This document shows, one piece after another, positions 11,442-24,531 of a DNA stretch of 64,000 nucleotides. The stretch covers positions 124,001 to 188,000 of the forward strand of contig JAPETS010000021.1 of assembly GCA_026023565.1 (NCBI GenBank), in the 5' to 3' direction. Position 1 is the stretch's first letter, and every line of letters starts with the position of its first letter. The notes below the pieces were generated by a model. It had not been told where the DNA came from. It saw nothing but the letters and a program-made list of their open reading frames with translations, and made no database searches. The stretch is from Cirrosporium novae-zelandiae (lineage: Eukaryota). The translations under genes were made by a program, and so were the position numbers.

Positions 11442-13028
11442 TCACCCCAACCGGACCATCTTCCAGGACTTGATGCATTCTTGGATATCAACTGCTATCC
11501 GACCCTCGGTTGTCGACGTATCCTTGATGAGAAATAGGATGATGGAGGCATAGGCAAAAGTGTTTTGTGCTTCTCTGAGCAGAGATAAATGCTCCTTTCT
11601 CATTCCTCCAGACAGGCTCCAGTCTTGCCATTTATCAAGTATATCACTTATACGAAAGCATTCGTCTCGATCAACAGCCATCAGATACAAGATCGCTTCT
11701 CCAACATCTTTCATCGTTAGATGTGATGGAACCTCGCCTTTATCAACAAGCCATTTTAGATTTGCCTCGGCAACGACCTTGGTAGCCTGCCTTGGAGAAT
11801 TCAGTGCTTCTAGGATTCTCCTCTCCTCCCTCTCTTGTCTCACAAGGTTCCTTCTCTTTGACTCCTCGGCAAACTCGCGAAGTTCTCGCATTTCTCTCCC
11901 TTTTTTAAAGACCTCTCTCTGCTCTGCCGGTAGCTGATTCTCCATTCTCATTTCATCATTCCTCTTAATAAAATTATTAAAATTTCGTTGGCGGTCTTCT
12001 TGATCGTCATAGGTGGTAGCCCAAGGTGGCGTATCGGCTTCATCAATAACACCCAATATGCACATAACACCACAAGGAATGGTATCTCTCCGAGCAAAAT
12101 CCTTGATAGCCCGTGGAATGGAATACCCCCACAGCCCGGTATCCTCACGAACGGCTGTGGCGGCACATGAAAACCACATGTTCGCACTTCCGCCGGGCAG
12201 CATCAGTTGAAGTTCCGTCTGCATTCCCTTCTTCTCAAGATGAATTCTCTCAATCTCTCTCCCATTCTCGACATGAAACCGTGTGGTCCTCCCGATGTCC
12301 TCATCTCCGTCACTCGCCGCTTTCCTCGCGCTTTCAGCCTTTCTCAACAACTCATACCCCGCCCCCTCCTTCCCTCCGGCTCCAATCATCTGCCCCACAC
12401 ACATCCAAAAAGGTGGCAAACTCCCTACTCCCCGTCCTACCCCCCAATCCACCTGCCAATCCACCTTGACCGCCACAACACCCTCACTATCTTCTGGCGC
12501 CACGACAACCAGAACACCTTGGCCGCTTTCACTATTCAGCAACCTTGTTCCCGTCGGTGCCCACAGCCCACTCTGTCTCAGGACACTCCACCCTCTCGCA
12601 TCGGGAATGGCACCCCGATCCAACAGGAACGTAATCAGGGCCTCGAAATCAACCTCCGCCGCCGGCTGTCTTAATTCATCCGCATATTGCAACCTATACA
12701 ATCTCCGGCCGGTCGTAAGCATCCTCCAATGGAAAATAGTATAGCTACCTCCCGGCAAAGCGCTATACTCCCTCCCCAGGAGCCAATACTCTGGATGCGT
12801 CCTGGGGAGGGGCGCCAGTGCATGCAGCGGAAGCGTAACCTCAGCAAGGGAGGAAAGCAGGAGCGGCCGAATCGGGGACGTGGAGGCAGGAAGATGATTC
12901 TGGGAGAGGAGCCGTCGGATCTGGGTGGCGAGAGTGAGGGTGCGTACGGTGGTGAGGAGAATGGGAAGGACACCCAGAACGGCGAGGGGCACACCGATGT
13001 AGGTTATTATATCCGTTGCCGAGGACAT
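11442..13028 (-). CDS. Conserved fungal hypothetical protein with N-terminal TM segment (528 aa)
   Basis: Long single ATG-initiated ORF. Starts DIITYIGVPLAVLGVLPIL, which I recall as an uncharacterised Pezizomycotina family; charged helical segment near the C-terminus. Confidence 0.85.
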   Translation of the reverse strand: MSSATDIITYIGVPLAVLGVLPILLTTVRTLTLATQIRRLLSQNHLPASTSPIRPLLLSSLAEVTLPLHALAPLPRTHPEYWLLGREYSALPGGSYTIFHWRMLTTGRRLYRLQYADELRQPAAEVDFEALITFLLDRGAIPDARGWSVLRQSGLWAPTGTRLLNSESGQGVLVVVAPEDSEGVVAVKVDWQVDWGVGRGVGSLPPFWMCVGQMIGAGGKEGAGYELLRKAESARKAASDGDEDIGRTTRFHVENGREIERIHLEKKGMQTELQLMLPGGSANMWFSCAATAVREDTGLWGYSIPRAIKDFARRDTIPCGVMCILGVIDEADTPPWATTYDDQEDRQRNFNNFIKRNDEMRMENQLPAEQREVFKKGREMRELREFAEESKRRNLVRQEREERRILEALNSPRQATKVVAEANLKWLVDKGEVPSHLTMKDVGEAILYLMAVDRDECFRISDILDKWQDWSLSGGMRKEHLSLLREAQNTFAYASIILFLIKDTSTTEGRIAVDIQECIKSWKMVRLG

Positions 13029-14829
13029 GGTCCGTCGTATGCGGGGAGGACGGCTACCGGTTTCTTGTGGGGAAGAATACGTGGGATTCTTGAATCAACA
13101 TTCTCATGAAAAAATCATTGTAGTTAGACTATAACCAACAATCCAACCATCTAAACCCCGTAAAAAATAGAAACAGAAACAGAACGAAAAGAGGAAAAGA
13201 GAAGAAAAGAAAAGAAAGGTCAGAGCGAACAAGCCTGAGTCTAGTACTTCCTACTTCTCCCTTCATGAAGCTTAATAAACATTTCAACCGTCCGAGCGGC
13301 GCGCGGGGGGGGGGGGGGGGTGAAAATCAACACGCAGCCCACAACTCGGATGGGTTACACTACTTTTTTTACTCAATCAGACAGTGGTACCAAGCGAGCA
13401 AGAAGGTTGATGGCGTTTTTTTAAAGCTAATCTATTAACTGAACTTGACCCCCCTTTTTTTTTTTTTTTTTTTAATTATGTATGCATGCCTCTCTCTAAA
13501 GAAATTCAAGATATGACAGACATATCCAGAGTAATAATTATCAAGTTTTGGTTAAGATGGTTGATTTGTTAGCTCGCTTTTTATATATAAGAGGCCGTTT
13601 TAAAAATTATTTTATATTTTATTTTTTATTTTATTACCTTGAGTGAGTATTATAGAAGGAGTCGAGTAGCAGTAGCAGTGAAGTGAGTAAGTAAGTGAGT
13701 AAGTGAACTTAGATTCGGGGGATTTCTTTCATCCCAAGAATCCATCTCACTGGCGGGCGAATGGACTCTGGCTTGATGATCTTTCCTCTATAGGACTTGG
13801 ATTTGACACTGCATTCATAGGGTATTGGAAGGGCTTCGCAGATAGATCGTCTCTTGTTTCAAGGTCAGAGATATTTGATTGTGAAGTTCAAACATAGCAA
13901 AGTGCGAATATATATTACTTACTGTACACAAACATCTAAATGTGACACAAGCAAGCTATTAATCCAAGAACCCAGAACCCAGAACTTCGGCAAGTATATT
14001 ATTACCTAGATCTTAGTCAGTAGATATAACAGTTCTTAACCCTTCGTTATCGAAAGCAGTAAATTATTATGCACAGCACTCCGGCTTTTCACAGCGAGAG
14101 TCCGATGGAGTTATAGGAAACCTGACTATCTATATAAACAGTATAGTTCCATAAAATATCACGGACAAGGAAGGGTATATACGTAAGCCATGGTTATGAA
14201 AGTTTCCAACCGAGATTGAGGTTGAGACCTCAGGGCAAAATGAAGGGATTTATTTTATATAGACAATGATAGAATACCTCTTTTGGTTTTGATACTAATC
14301 ATATTCTATCTGTATGTGGACCAAAGGAGAAGCCATGTACATAACCGAATCAGTTATTGTCCTTTGGTATTTTTTCTCTTCTGGTGTACTAGTATTTTGA
14401 AAAGAACAAATGCATTCTAGGTATTAATGCGAAAACAATAAATCATCATATGTATATAATTGTTCAGAAAATTTTCAGATGTGCTTGACGGTACCTGAAC
14501 CAAACATATAACTGAGCGTTGATATGACGGATAGATATATGATATAAGGATATTGTAATAACTAATTAACATCGAGTATCAATCACTACATTCTTATCTG
14601 TTGTCCCTCCAGTGCGCCTCGCCGGATTTTTTTGCTGTAGTGACTCGAAACCGTTTTTACTTTATGAAATACAATGCACGATACATATAGGACTTTTCGT
14701 TATTTTGACAGCAGAGTAAGCTTCTAATAGATCAGATCAGCTTACCTCTCGGTTCCCCCACCGTACCACAATACTCTCGAACGTTGTTGGCAATAATGCA
14801 AGTCTTCGGATGCAACTATTACACCTCAA

Positions 14830-16320
14830 TATCACTTACGGGTAAATCTGTCGTCAACCCCGGGGGATTGTGCCGCCGCTGCTTTCTTTGGACGTCGGCT
14901 TTGCCCTCGTCGAGAAATGGAGCCTAATATCAACTAATCCTAGCTCGCGCTCGCTGAATCGAAACCAAAATGCAAAGCCCTCCATGAAATGGGTTCCGGA
15001 AACTTGAGGATGCTAGAATCGTTCTCCTCTAAGATGGCGAGAAGGTCGTTACAGGAACAATAACCGCTTCTGCCCTATCTATTCCTCACTATAGCACCTG
15101 TCCTGTATGTAGGAAGAGGCCGCTCTAGACTGTCTCTCGCCGCGACAGGAACGAGATATCTTAGTTGGTAATCAGTCTCACAATCCGTTAAACCAAGGAA
15201 AGGGCAGGCCTAGAGTTGAGAACACTACTTTCGCGCTCCGTGTTCTTATTATTATAATCGTTCGTATCACCAAACCAGTTCGGTTCAATGTTTTTAGCGG
15301 CAACGATGGCTTCAGGGGTGTAATACTCGCGTTTGCGTAGCTCTGACTTTCGTAGAATTCGACAGGCATCGTGCCGCTTGCGATTGTCTTTTGTGTTGCA
15401 AAGTCCAGGCAGGTGCTGGTTGTCTACGTCTTGTGATTGGTCGGGCTAAGGAGTCCTCAAATAATGCCTTGGCTCGAATAACGATCTCATGGAGTCAGAG
15501 GAGAGGCGGGGACTGGACACATCTTTAGCCTCCAAGTCGTCAGCGGGTGCGTCTTCGATGAGTCTTGTATTATTATTCATGTTCCAATGTTGGTCCCCTG
15601 AAAGGCGGTGGGGATAACCAGAGTCAGTCAACATAGTCCTGAAATCGGTAGAATTTGCCTCGCTAACTCTCTTCCTCTGCTCCCTGCTAATCATCGATGG
15701 ACTGATTTTCGCGCCTTTTTCAAGAAGCCATTCCCACTCACTTGGTGGGAATTTTTGACATCTCCAGTAAAGAACTTCGAGAAATGACGCTTTAGTAGAG
15801 CCTTTGCCGTTGGGGTCTGCATATCCCACAACAGCACCTTAACTAGAAGGGATACTACCTTGATCGTGTAAACAGAGTCTACTCAACATGCCAGTTCGAT
15901 ATCCACCACACCTCTGCTCTAATGCCTAGCCTCTTGTACAGTACAGTACATTGCTAGTTGTTTTGGCACAGCCATGTTCCCAGATAAAGGAGGCGAATTA
16001 TGGCACCGTAGCACCTTTCCTGCCTTTTACGCTTAAGCTGAAGCACTCCCTGTAAAAGATATTTGATGAAATATAAACTGTAAACAATTATAGCCTTATG
16101 CAAAAATAAGCAGTCCTGGCAGCTTACATTCAAAGTAGAAAGGGCTACTCTTTCGTCCATCTTCTGATGACCCGCCCACTTCCAGCCGACAGTAAAGCTT
16201 TGGTGTGCCTGAAAAATAGTGTCTAAGCATACCTTAGAGCCACCATAGAGATCTGAAATCCCAAGCGCAATATTCTCACAAAGTTTTGGATGCCTTCGTG
16301 CTGTTTGAAGTAGCATCAGA
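14830..16320 (-). pseudogene. Possible degenerate ankyrin-repeat gene relic
   Basis: Ankyrin-like fragments in different frames: LFLHKAII..FIKYLLQG, IKVVSLLV/GAVVGYADPNG (joined only by a frameshift near 15840), WLLEKGAKI, FLDEGKADV. No continuous ORF. Confidence 0.3.
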
Positions 16321-16855
16321 GTGTTCGACTTTGTGCCTGTTATAGGAAGCGAAGAATATTAGAAAAGGGGTATTTTACAGATAATAATCTATAAAATTGA
16401 TATCAGGGTGTTAAGACGTGATGGTAATTCCCTTCATTCCTGGCTAAAGTTCTTAAGATGTTAGCTTCTTCTTCCTTACATAATGATATCCTCATTGTTC
16501 TCGGAGCCTCTCTCATAGACAGTTGTAGAATAGGCGATCCTAAATATGTAGCTGTCTAAAGTTGACGGAATAAATATGACAAGGCAGTATGGCGAGCCGT
16601 TAGGTTTAATAGGGAGAAGAGAAATCGTGACTGAACACCGGTGGGAGCGGCCTGAGCGAAGGTGGCGATGCTTAGCAGCTCAATCTATGTTCTAGAAAAA
16701 AATATTATGTCTATCTAACCATGTACATATTCAACGCTAAGGTATCATTCCAATCCCAATTTCAGTACAAAAGACTTTCCATCATCATAATATCCCTTTT
16801 GTTCATGCCCCAAAATCAACTCCCCATATCCACATAAAACGCCATTGCTTCTTCG

Positions 16856-18133
16856 TCATATCTTCAGCTCTCCGCCTTCTTCTCCACTGGTTCTAAATCT
16901 TCCTGCGTATGCAGGGGATACGGGTTCTAGGTCTAATCCGCAGACGTCCATGCGGAGCTGGCGATATCGCTCGTAGATGTCGTCCCAAATTAGACCAGCC
17001 GGAGCCATTTGCGGTCTTTGTTGCCAGTATAATTCTCTGGGGATGGAGTACTCAGGCCCGGGGAGTTTATGATCAGAGACGTGGACGTATGAGGTTGAGT
17101 CCCAGAAGTTTTCGAGGTCAATATTTTTCACTTTGCTTTTTAGGTCCGCTGTATCTATTACGAGGTTTCCTTCTAAGGTCGTCTCATTCACTGCCCTAGA
17201 CTCCAGACCAGATAGTATCTGGCCATTGGTATAACCATTGTTGAGCTTCTTCAGAATGTCTTTGAACGTTTCGTGATTCGGCTTCATTAAGAGTAGTGGG
17301 CTAACATCGTTCGTCGTTGGTCCTGATAGCGATAGGATTGAGCTTTGGGAGGAAGTAGTTAACAGCCCATCGAGCCTCCTGGGGCCGAGGAGTAGGCCGG
17401 ATGGCTCGAGGTAGATGATGCGATCATAAGCTGTCAGCGAGAAAAGACCGGCAACAGGATATATTTCACTTAAATCTGTAACGGCGCGTCAGTATGCAAG
17501 CATTGCATCTGTTTTCCTTAGAGAGCCGTACCATCTGCCGAAAGCCTTCCCATAGGCTCAATTGGAACCAATCTCACACCAAATTTCTGAGCAGCCTTCT
17601 TTAATAAACGAATGGTTGTATCAGTTTGTCCCGAATGATATAACTTGGCATCATCGTCCCAAGATTTCGGATAGAGTAGTGCTCTGGCGGCTGGGCTTTT
17701 CTGTTTCTCAAGTTCTGCAAATACCATCAATGCGTTGCAGACATGTAAATGTTTCCGCACAAGCTGAACATATGCGACCTTATTCCATCCTCCAGCCGGG
17801 TGGTTCTGCGCGACGTAATCTTTGTATGCGACATGTCCTTTTGACCCTGGCGGGCTGCCGAAGGTTTTGCCGATTGCTGGTGCGGCAGCTATAGTAGGAG
17901 ACGAGGGAGAAGATGCTGATGTTTCTGTCGGTATTTTGATCACAGCTTGAATATTGTGCACGGTTTGCTGTTGAAGTACATAGCCGGAGAGAAAGAGGAG
18001 AGATGTAAATGTGAAGACTACACCAGTGGCATGATTAGCTTGCGTTCCTCAATAAACATAAGCTAGTGTAGAGAGAATGCATACCGACAACTGAGGATAT
18101 TGCGAGAGATATTTGCCCGCTAGTCAGCAACAT
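16856..18133 (-). CDS. GT8-fold, GNT1-like type II membrane glycosyltransferase homolog
   Basis: Exons 18133-18085, 18017-17532 and 17475-16856 (GT-AG). N-terminal TM, then WNKVAYVQLV..HVCNALMVF..ALLYP, FSLTAYDRIIYL, YVHVSDHKLPGP and W..IYERYRQLRMDVC, resembling Gnt1/GT8. Confidence 0.8.
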
Positions 18134-18382
18134 ATTTACAAATTGTTTAATATATAATATGTGAATATTCTGTCAGCACGGTTGAAAAGCTATGCAGTTA
18201 CAGGGCAATAGCTGCACGATGATGTAGAAAAGCAATATTTACCAAACACCGGCGTTGTTGAGGCAACCTTCTTATCGATAACCTTATTTCCATTTAACTC
18301 AACGAGCTCAACCTTCATTAACCTTGTCATAACTTTTATTTTATTCAAACCTCTAACTTATCCATTCAAGAAATCAACAACC

Positions 18383-19126
18383 ATGGCCCACAAAGCTGAT
18401 GCAAAACAAATGCTCGATGATCGAGGCTACCAAGGACAACTAATTAGAGGTCAAAATCCAGCCACCCTTTTCGAAAAAGCCGTCCGCGACCGAATTACCG
18501 ACTCTTACTACTGGAAAGAACAATGTTTCGCCCTCAATGCCGCTACGCTCTGTGACCGCGCCGTTGAGCTATCCTTTATCGGCGGAACATATGGTCAACA
18601 AAAGCCAACTCCATTCTTGTGCCTGGCCTTCAAGCTCGCCCAGCTGACACCCGAGAAGGAAATCATTCTCGAATATCTCCATGATGAGAACTTCAAATAT
18701 CTACGAGCTTTGGCGGCATTTTATGTCCGTTTGACTTTCGAGCCTGCTGAAATCTACAAGACACTTGAGCCTTTACTATCTGATTATCGCAAACTCAAAC
18801 GACGAACAACCAGTGGCTTTTCCCTCACCAACATTGACCAGTTCATTGATGACCTACTCACCAAGGACCGCGTGTGCGCCACGAGTCTTTGGAAGCTTCC
18901 TCAACGACAGCTACTTGAAGATTTGGATTTACTCGACGAGAGGGTCAGTCCGCTGGGTGACGAAATTGACGAGATCGATGCCGATGATGAGGGTGCAAGG
19001 GCTGATGATGATGGTAATGATAAAACCGGAGAAAATAGTGGGAGAGAGTCTGGGGAAGAGTCGGAGTCTAGTGATGGAAGCGGTCGGAGTCGTCGAGACC
19101 ATAGCTCAAGCGACATGGAAGAATGA
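18383..19126 (+). CDS. PRP38: Pre-mRNA splicing factor Prp38
   Basis: IRGQNP..EKAVRDRITDSYYWKEQCF, GGTYG..KPTPFLCL, FKYLRALAAFYVRL, LEPLLSDYRKLK; acidic tail. Confidence 0.95.
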   Translation: MAHKADAKQMLDDRGYQGQLIRGQNPATLFEKAVRDRITDSYYWKEQCFALNAATLCDRAVELSFIGGTYGQQKPTPFLCLAFKLAQLTPEKEIILEYLHDENFKYLRALAAFYVRLTFEPAEIYKTLEPLLSDYRKLKRRTTSGFSLTNIDQFIDDLLTKDRVCATSLWKLPQRQLLEDLDLLDERVSPLGDEIDEIDADDEGARADDDGNDKTGENSGRESGEESESSDGSGRSRRDHSSSDMEE

Positions 19127-21135
19127 AATAAATTCACTCGAATATATTCCATATAAAAACGAGGTATAGCGAAGGGGGTGGACAGGTTACGAGAGTGATC
19201 AGTTCCTGAAAAGGCATTCAGCAGAGATCTAGCCGTACCTTGCTTTTAGATGAGATTGGTCCCTGGCTCACGAAAGCCCCGCCCAACCAACGCGCAGTAC
19301 AGCTTTGTACATACTAAGAGTCCCTCAAGTCTCAAAAAAGGATCCAGGCTGAGCAAAAACAATATACCGTTGACCGACAACATCCCCTCGCCATATATTT
19401 TGCCATACCGAAACCTACAATTGCCACTTAAACCAGCTACATTTTCTTGCTCACCTCACGCTGTTACCAATTTGGCTACACAGCCTTGCCAGTCGGTATA
19501 TAGCAATGGGCGCGATGAAAGAAGAGATAGTTCAATGGAAAAGGAAGCATGATTATATGGAAAGGCTACACAGGGGATGCTTCACTCTCTACTATATACT
19601 ACGGGTAGAACAGGAATGGGGAATTAACGTACGCATGTATACATACATACGTACATACAAAATTTCAACGCTTTTCCCTATCCCCTAGTCGATAAGGGTA
19701 GAATAGACTTCACTTCACCCAACCTCCGCCAGACAGTCATAGCATGCGTGCATGCATGTATAATTCGCCGGGAAATAATAGATCAACCAATCAATACCCG
19801 CAAAGGGGTATTAATGACAGAGAAAACTGCGAACTGTCTCAAAAATTAGGGATTCCTCTAGACATGAAAATTTAGGGTTAAGTTATGTTATACTATATTA
19901 GCTACCTAGGTAGTTACATGTATCTTTCTCAAAATTGTACAAATATAATGTATACACGATGGATATTCCTTTAGCGGAAAAATATTTAAAAAATAAATAC
20001 TCTAATTATCTATTACTTTATTCACCGTCTATTAATGACACACAGCCAGGCTATATATTGTGTATGTACTGCACTGTAGTAATACCGGATATACACTCAG
20101 GTTCGTGGATATCGGATATCTATCCCCACATCCTTCCTTCTAGCTTTTAAGTAAGCAAGACAGAGTGTTAACTTATCCTACTGCACTACAAATTCCAAAT
20201 TACAAATTCTATCCTACGCGTAGACAAAGAAATCTTTTGCCCAACAGAGGACTACCTAGGTAACTACCTAGCATACCTATCACTATCACTATTTTATTTT
20301 TATTACTTTATAGATAGTATAATAAATATTTAACCTCTCTAACATAGGAAGGGTATATAGGGCATATGGTATTCTGTATAATCACCAATAATGAGATATA
20401 CCAATTAATCAATCATGTTCATGTCAGGCAGGTCCACTCGAGGGAGAAAAAAAAAACAATCAAGAGGTTCTAAACTAGATAATTACCAAAAATCTCCTCT
20501 TCATCCAAGACTCCTCCTCCTCCTCCTCCTCCTACGAGGGGACGGACGGACAGACGGACAGACGGACTACTTGAACATATATTATTACCTAGGCATCCAG
20601 AGGCAAAGTTAGTCCCTTATTATTATTCCATTCCATTCGAGAACTCCCACTTGAGCTCCCACATATATTTATTTATTTATTTATAGGAATACAAAAACTC
20701 CTGGTCTGGTGAATAACTCAGAATTGTCTCTCCCTCCTCCTTGTTGTAAATTACTTGGAAGATGGAGAAGAAGGAGGAAAGAAAGATAGAAAAAAGAGAA
20801 AGATAGTTGATTAAGAAATCCCTTTGGTCCATTCCCTTTATTCACCCTACCCACCTACCCCTACCCTTACCCTCTGGCCCTCTCCCCACCCTCCGTTTCT
20901 AAACGCCTTGCACCCTTGCGCACACAACACACAACACATACGATGCATGAAAAGTACAGCTCCTCTGATTTGAACCGAACCGACCAACGCTTTTTCTGTA
21001 GCAAGATCCTCCAAGTAAGGTTAAGTAAGTACCAACGCCTTTGCCAACAACAACTAACTACCCAGGCTATCCTGACACGTCTAGTAGAGTAATAAGTATA
21101 GTGACCAGATCGGTCATCCATTCATCCCGACACGC

Positions 21136-24100
21136 TTATACCAATAAATCTGCCTCTCTCTCCCGTTCCTTGAATTCTGCCAACTCCGCCTCTGCTCCTT
21201 CCAACAAGTCTCTATCTTTGGCTCTAACACTCCTGCGCTCCGGATCGCCGCCGTATGCAGTCCCGACGCCAAGTCTACCGGTATCATCTTGGTCCTCTTC
21301 ATCGTCATCCTCAGTACCACGAGTGAGTGCATTCTTCTCCATTTCACGCTGCGCCTCCTCCATACGCTTGCGGACTTCTGCTGCGACACGCATGCCGTCG
21401 CTAACGATGTTGTCAAGGACGCCACGGAGGCCTTTGCCTGGGGGAACTATACCACCCGTTTGGGGGCCACCTTGGGCGAGGGAGTTGGATGCGGAGCGCT
21501 GGGACTTGTTGAGGTTAGAGAAGGTGGTTAGTTGGGAGGAGCCGCGAGAGTCGAGGGAGGATTTGGTGGAGTCTGCAAGACGGAAGGAGGCGGGGAATGA
21601 GTATTCGAAAAATTGCTCGAGAAGCTCGTCGGCTAGGATTACCATGCGGAAGGTGGGAAGGGTTATATGGAGGGGGTTTGCGGGGTCGAGAGCGAGGTTT
21701 GCGGAATCCGCTTTGGATTGTGAATTTGGTGACAGTGGGTCGGTCGCATGTTTTAATGGAGAATTCTGAAAATGAGACGATTGGTTCTCTTCTAGGTCTA
21801 GAAGAGGATTGTCGTTCTCGTCATCGCCAATGGCGAAAGCGTCCATTTGGGGTTCGATATCTGGAGATTCTTCTTTTGTCCTATCCCCTCCATGTTGAGG
21901 ATGATCTGGGTCAGCGTACTCGAAACATCTTCGAATAAATGCGCTGACACTAGGGAGAAATCTCTCGCTAACACTAACTCCTGAATTGTCAAATGGGGTA
22001 TTGAGACTAATTGTTGAGCCGGGTGGACTGTCAAAACCTCTTCGGGATAAGAAAAGCAAGGCCTCTGACATGCGTAGAATCCCTTCTCGGTCTACTTTAC
22101 CATCATCATCGTCATCATACAGCTCAAAGAAATAACTGATACTACCCATAATATCCCTTGAACCTTTGATTTTGGCTATGCCAGTAACAACATTCTGAAG
22201 ATTGAGGCCAAGCGTATTGTTTGTATCCCACGCATAAAATAATCTCTGCATGAAATCGTGATCAGCAGGCTCCGGATGTGGGAAACTCGACGCTGACGAG
22301 GAGGAAGTTTTGCGATTTCGTGTATCTTTGTTATAGTGGCCATAGCTATCTCGATCGGCAGCCGAATCTCTCTGGCCCGTCGGTGAGTCTGTAACAGCCC
22401 AAATGGCTATTCCAGCAAGAAATTCACGGAACGTATCATAGTCCATTAGAGTTGGAACCGGTCCAACGCCAACTCGACCAAGCTCTGTATCCTTATTTCC
22501 AGATATTGACATCCAAGAATCCCTCGCATACATTCTACTTGATCTCTCTTTTCTTCTTTGTTCTTGCTCAAGGATTTCCATGCGCTGTTGGTGGTCATAG
22601 AGAACATTATAGAACCGGTCATAGAGCATACCAAGATCATCAAGGCTTAGACGTTTACTTTCCGGGCCCAGGTTCCTAATCGAGGTTCTCTTGGCAAAGT
22701 TCTCAATGTTTTCGAGAACAGCCGCTTTATGCTTTGTCCGTAATTCCAATATACTACTGTGGGTGATACCGGAAAATTCTTTGAATGCAACCACTAGGAG
22801 CTCTTGAAATTTTGTAATACTTCGAAGTTTCTCATTTTTGGACCGAGGGTGTGCCGATTCGTCGAGACGGGCAAAGTATGCTTTTAGAATTGAAATGAAC
22901 GATCCATCATCTGTGACATCTAATAAATCCTCTCCGTTGATTCTCAGGATTGCTAGGCCAACCTGGAAAAGCACCTTCGGTCCTTCTAAGAAGAAGACAT
23001 CGAGAACTCGAAAGGCGAAAACCAGAGGCATTGAATTGATGTACAAGGAAAGAAACCAGGGTAGCGAGACGACGGAAAGTTGCACGTCGGACTTCACTAG
23101 GTGTTCCCAGAGGATTGGCATGGTCTTCTCGACCAAAGATTCGAACACACGCTGGTCAAGCAACGTTCCATACATTGTTGTTGAGTAATATCCAGGAAGA
23201 AGATGGTCACATAATACGGACAAAAGGAAAAAGGCCTGAGATTCGGACATGTATCTGTTCAGTGTCAGCTGGGATCTATTCCATCAATTGCAGTGACTGA
23301 CATGAGGAGAGCAGCGACCACGATATTCATGGCTTGGCAATAACCAATCTCTTCATTTGTCCAACTGTAGGCGGTAAGGACTCTGCGTAATCGACCAATA
23401 CCTTCTTCACTTTGAAACCCAGGGTATTCTGGCAAACTCCGATTGAGATCTTTTTCGATCTCGTCAATAGCTAGAGATTCCTGCCCTGAATATTTTGCGA
23501 GAGTTTCAGTGTATAGCTTGGGGTTGCGAAGGCGACGATAGAAGGACCCCGCCATCACCTCCCAAATTTCCCCCCGAAGCCGATTCGGCAGGCCAATGCG
23601 TATAAGCCTACACAACCCAGGCTGGCGGATCAGACAGGCGTTTCTACCGTTTTCTACTTCTGATTAGAAAGTCAACCATGAAACAGTTTTGGGCATTACC
23701 TCGCAAATATTCGTTCCATAAACGCATCTTACTACGGTCACGTAGTTTCCGCGCATCCCCAGGATATCTAAACATCATTCCTAACCCAGCATCTGGTAAC
23801 TCCCTTGGCGGGGTTCCATTGCTACCATCTCCTCCTTTCTGCTTCGTCCTATCGACTGACAGCAAATACTCCGAATAGCATTCGTTAACCACACCCTTTA
23901 AATTCTCAACGTCTTTCATAGCCTCCCGAAGACCCTTTTTCAATCCATCGCAGAATCTTTCACATGCTTGTCTAGTTCCTGCCAAGTTTACCGTTACCTT
24001 TTGCACAGCAGAACTGTCACTCGGCTGGCTGGTTCTACTTGTGAACCCATTCCATGTAGTCAGAGCCAAAGAAAACATAAAATTCTGAGTATTCAATCGT

Positions 24101-24531
24101 TCAACACGCCTTATTGCGCAAAGAGGGAAGGTGAATCCATTTCCAGCAGGACCTGATCCTTGTGTTTGTCCCATAAAACCAGTCGACAGGCTTTCACTGG
24201 CTGAAGGGAGGAAGCTTGAAGGGTGGGTGGAAAAGCATAAGAAATGCTGGCTGAGATGAAGTCTGCCGGCATATTGAATTCCTTCACTTGGTTGTTGTCC
24301 TTTTTCTTTTGCTTGCTGTGCGGAAAGGGCAGCAGCAGGAGAATGTGGTAGAGGAAGGATTAATTCGGCTGTGATCTCTTGTAGAGGAGATTGGGAGTCT
24401 GGAACCCGGAACTGTTGGCGAAACAGTGAAGCTTTGGACGGGCTACTATTGGAGGAACGATCGTTATAGGACAGCGAAGGATCGATAAAAGACTGTGCTT
24501 TTTGGACAAGGGAGGTCAAATTGCTGAACAT
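21136..24531 (-). CDS. GYP2: Rab-GAP with GRAM-like, TBC and EF-hand domains (Gyp2/Mdr1, TBC1D9-like)
   Basis: Exons 24531-23700, 23653-23302 and 23254-21136. Motifs [23 protein letters not shown] (R finger), GYCQAMN (Q finger) and EF-hand [13 protein letters not shown]. Confidence 0.93.

Noticed and set aside
21041..21938. Long antisense ORFs over GYP2 (and similar ones over VMS1, the 11.4-kb gene, PA-RING and SSZ1)
   Set aside because: Shadow ORFs caused by codon bias of the real genes.
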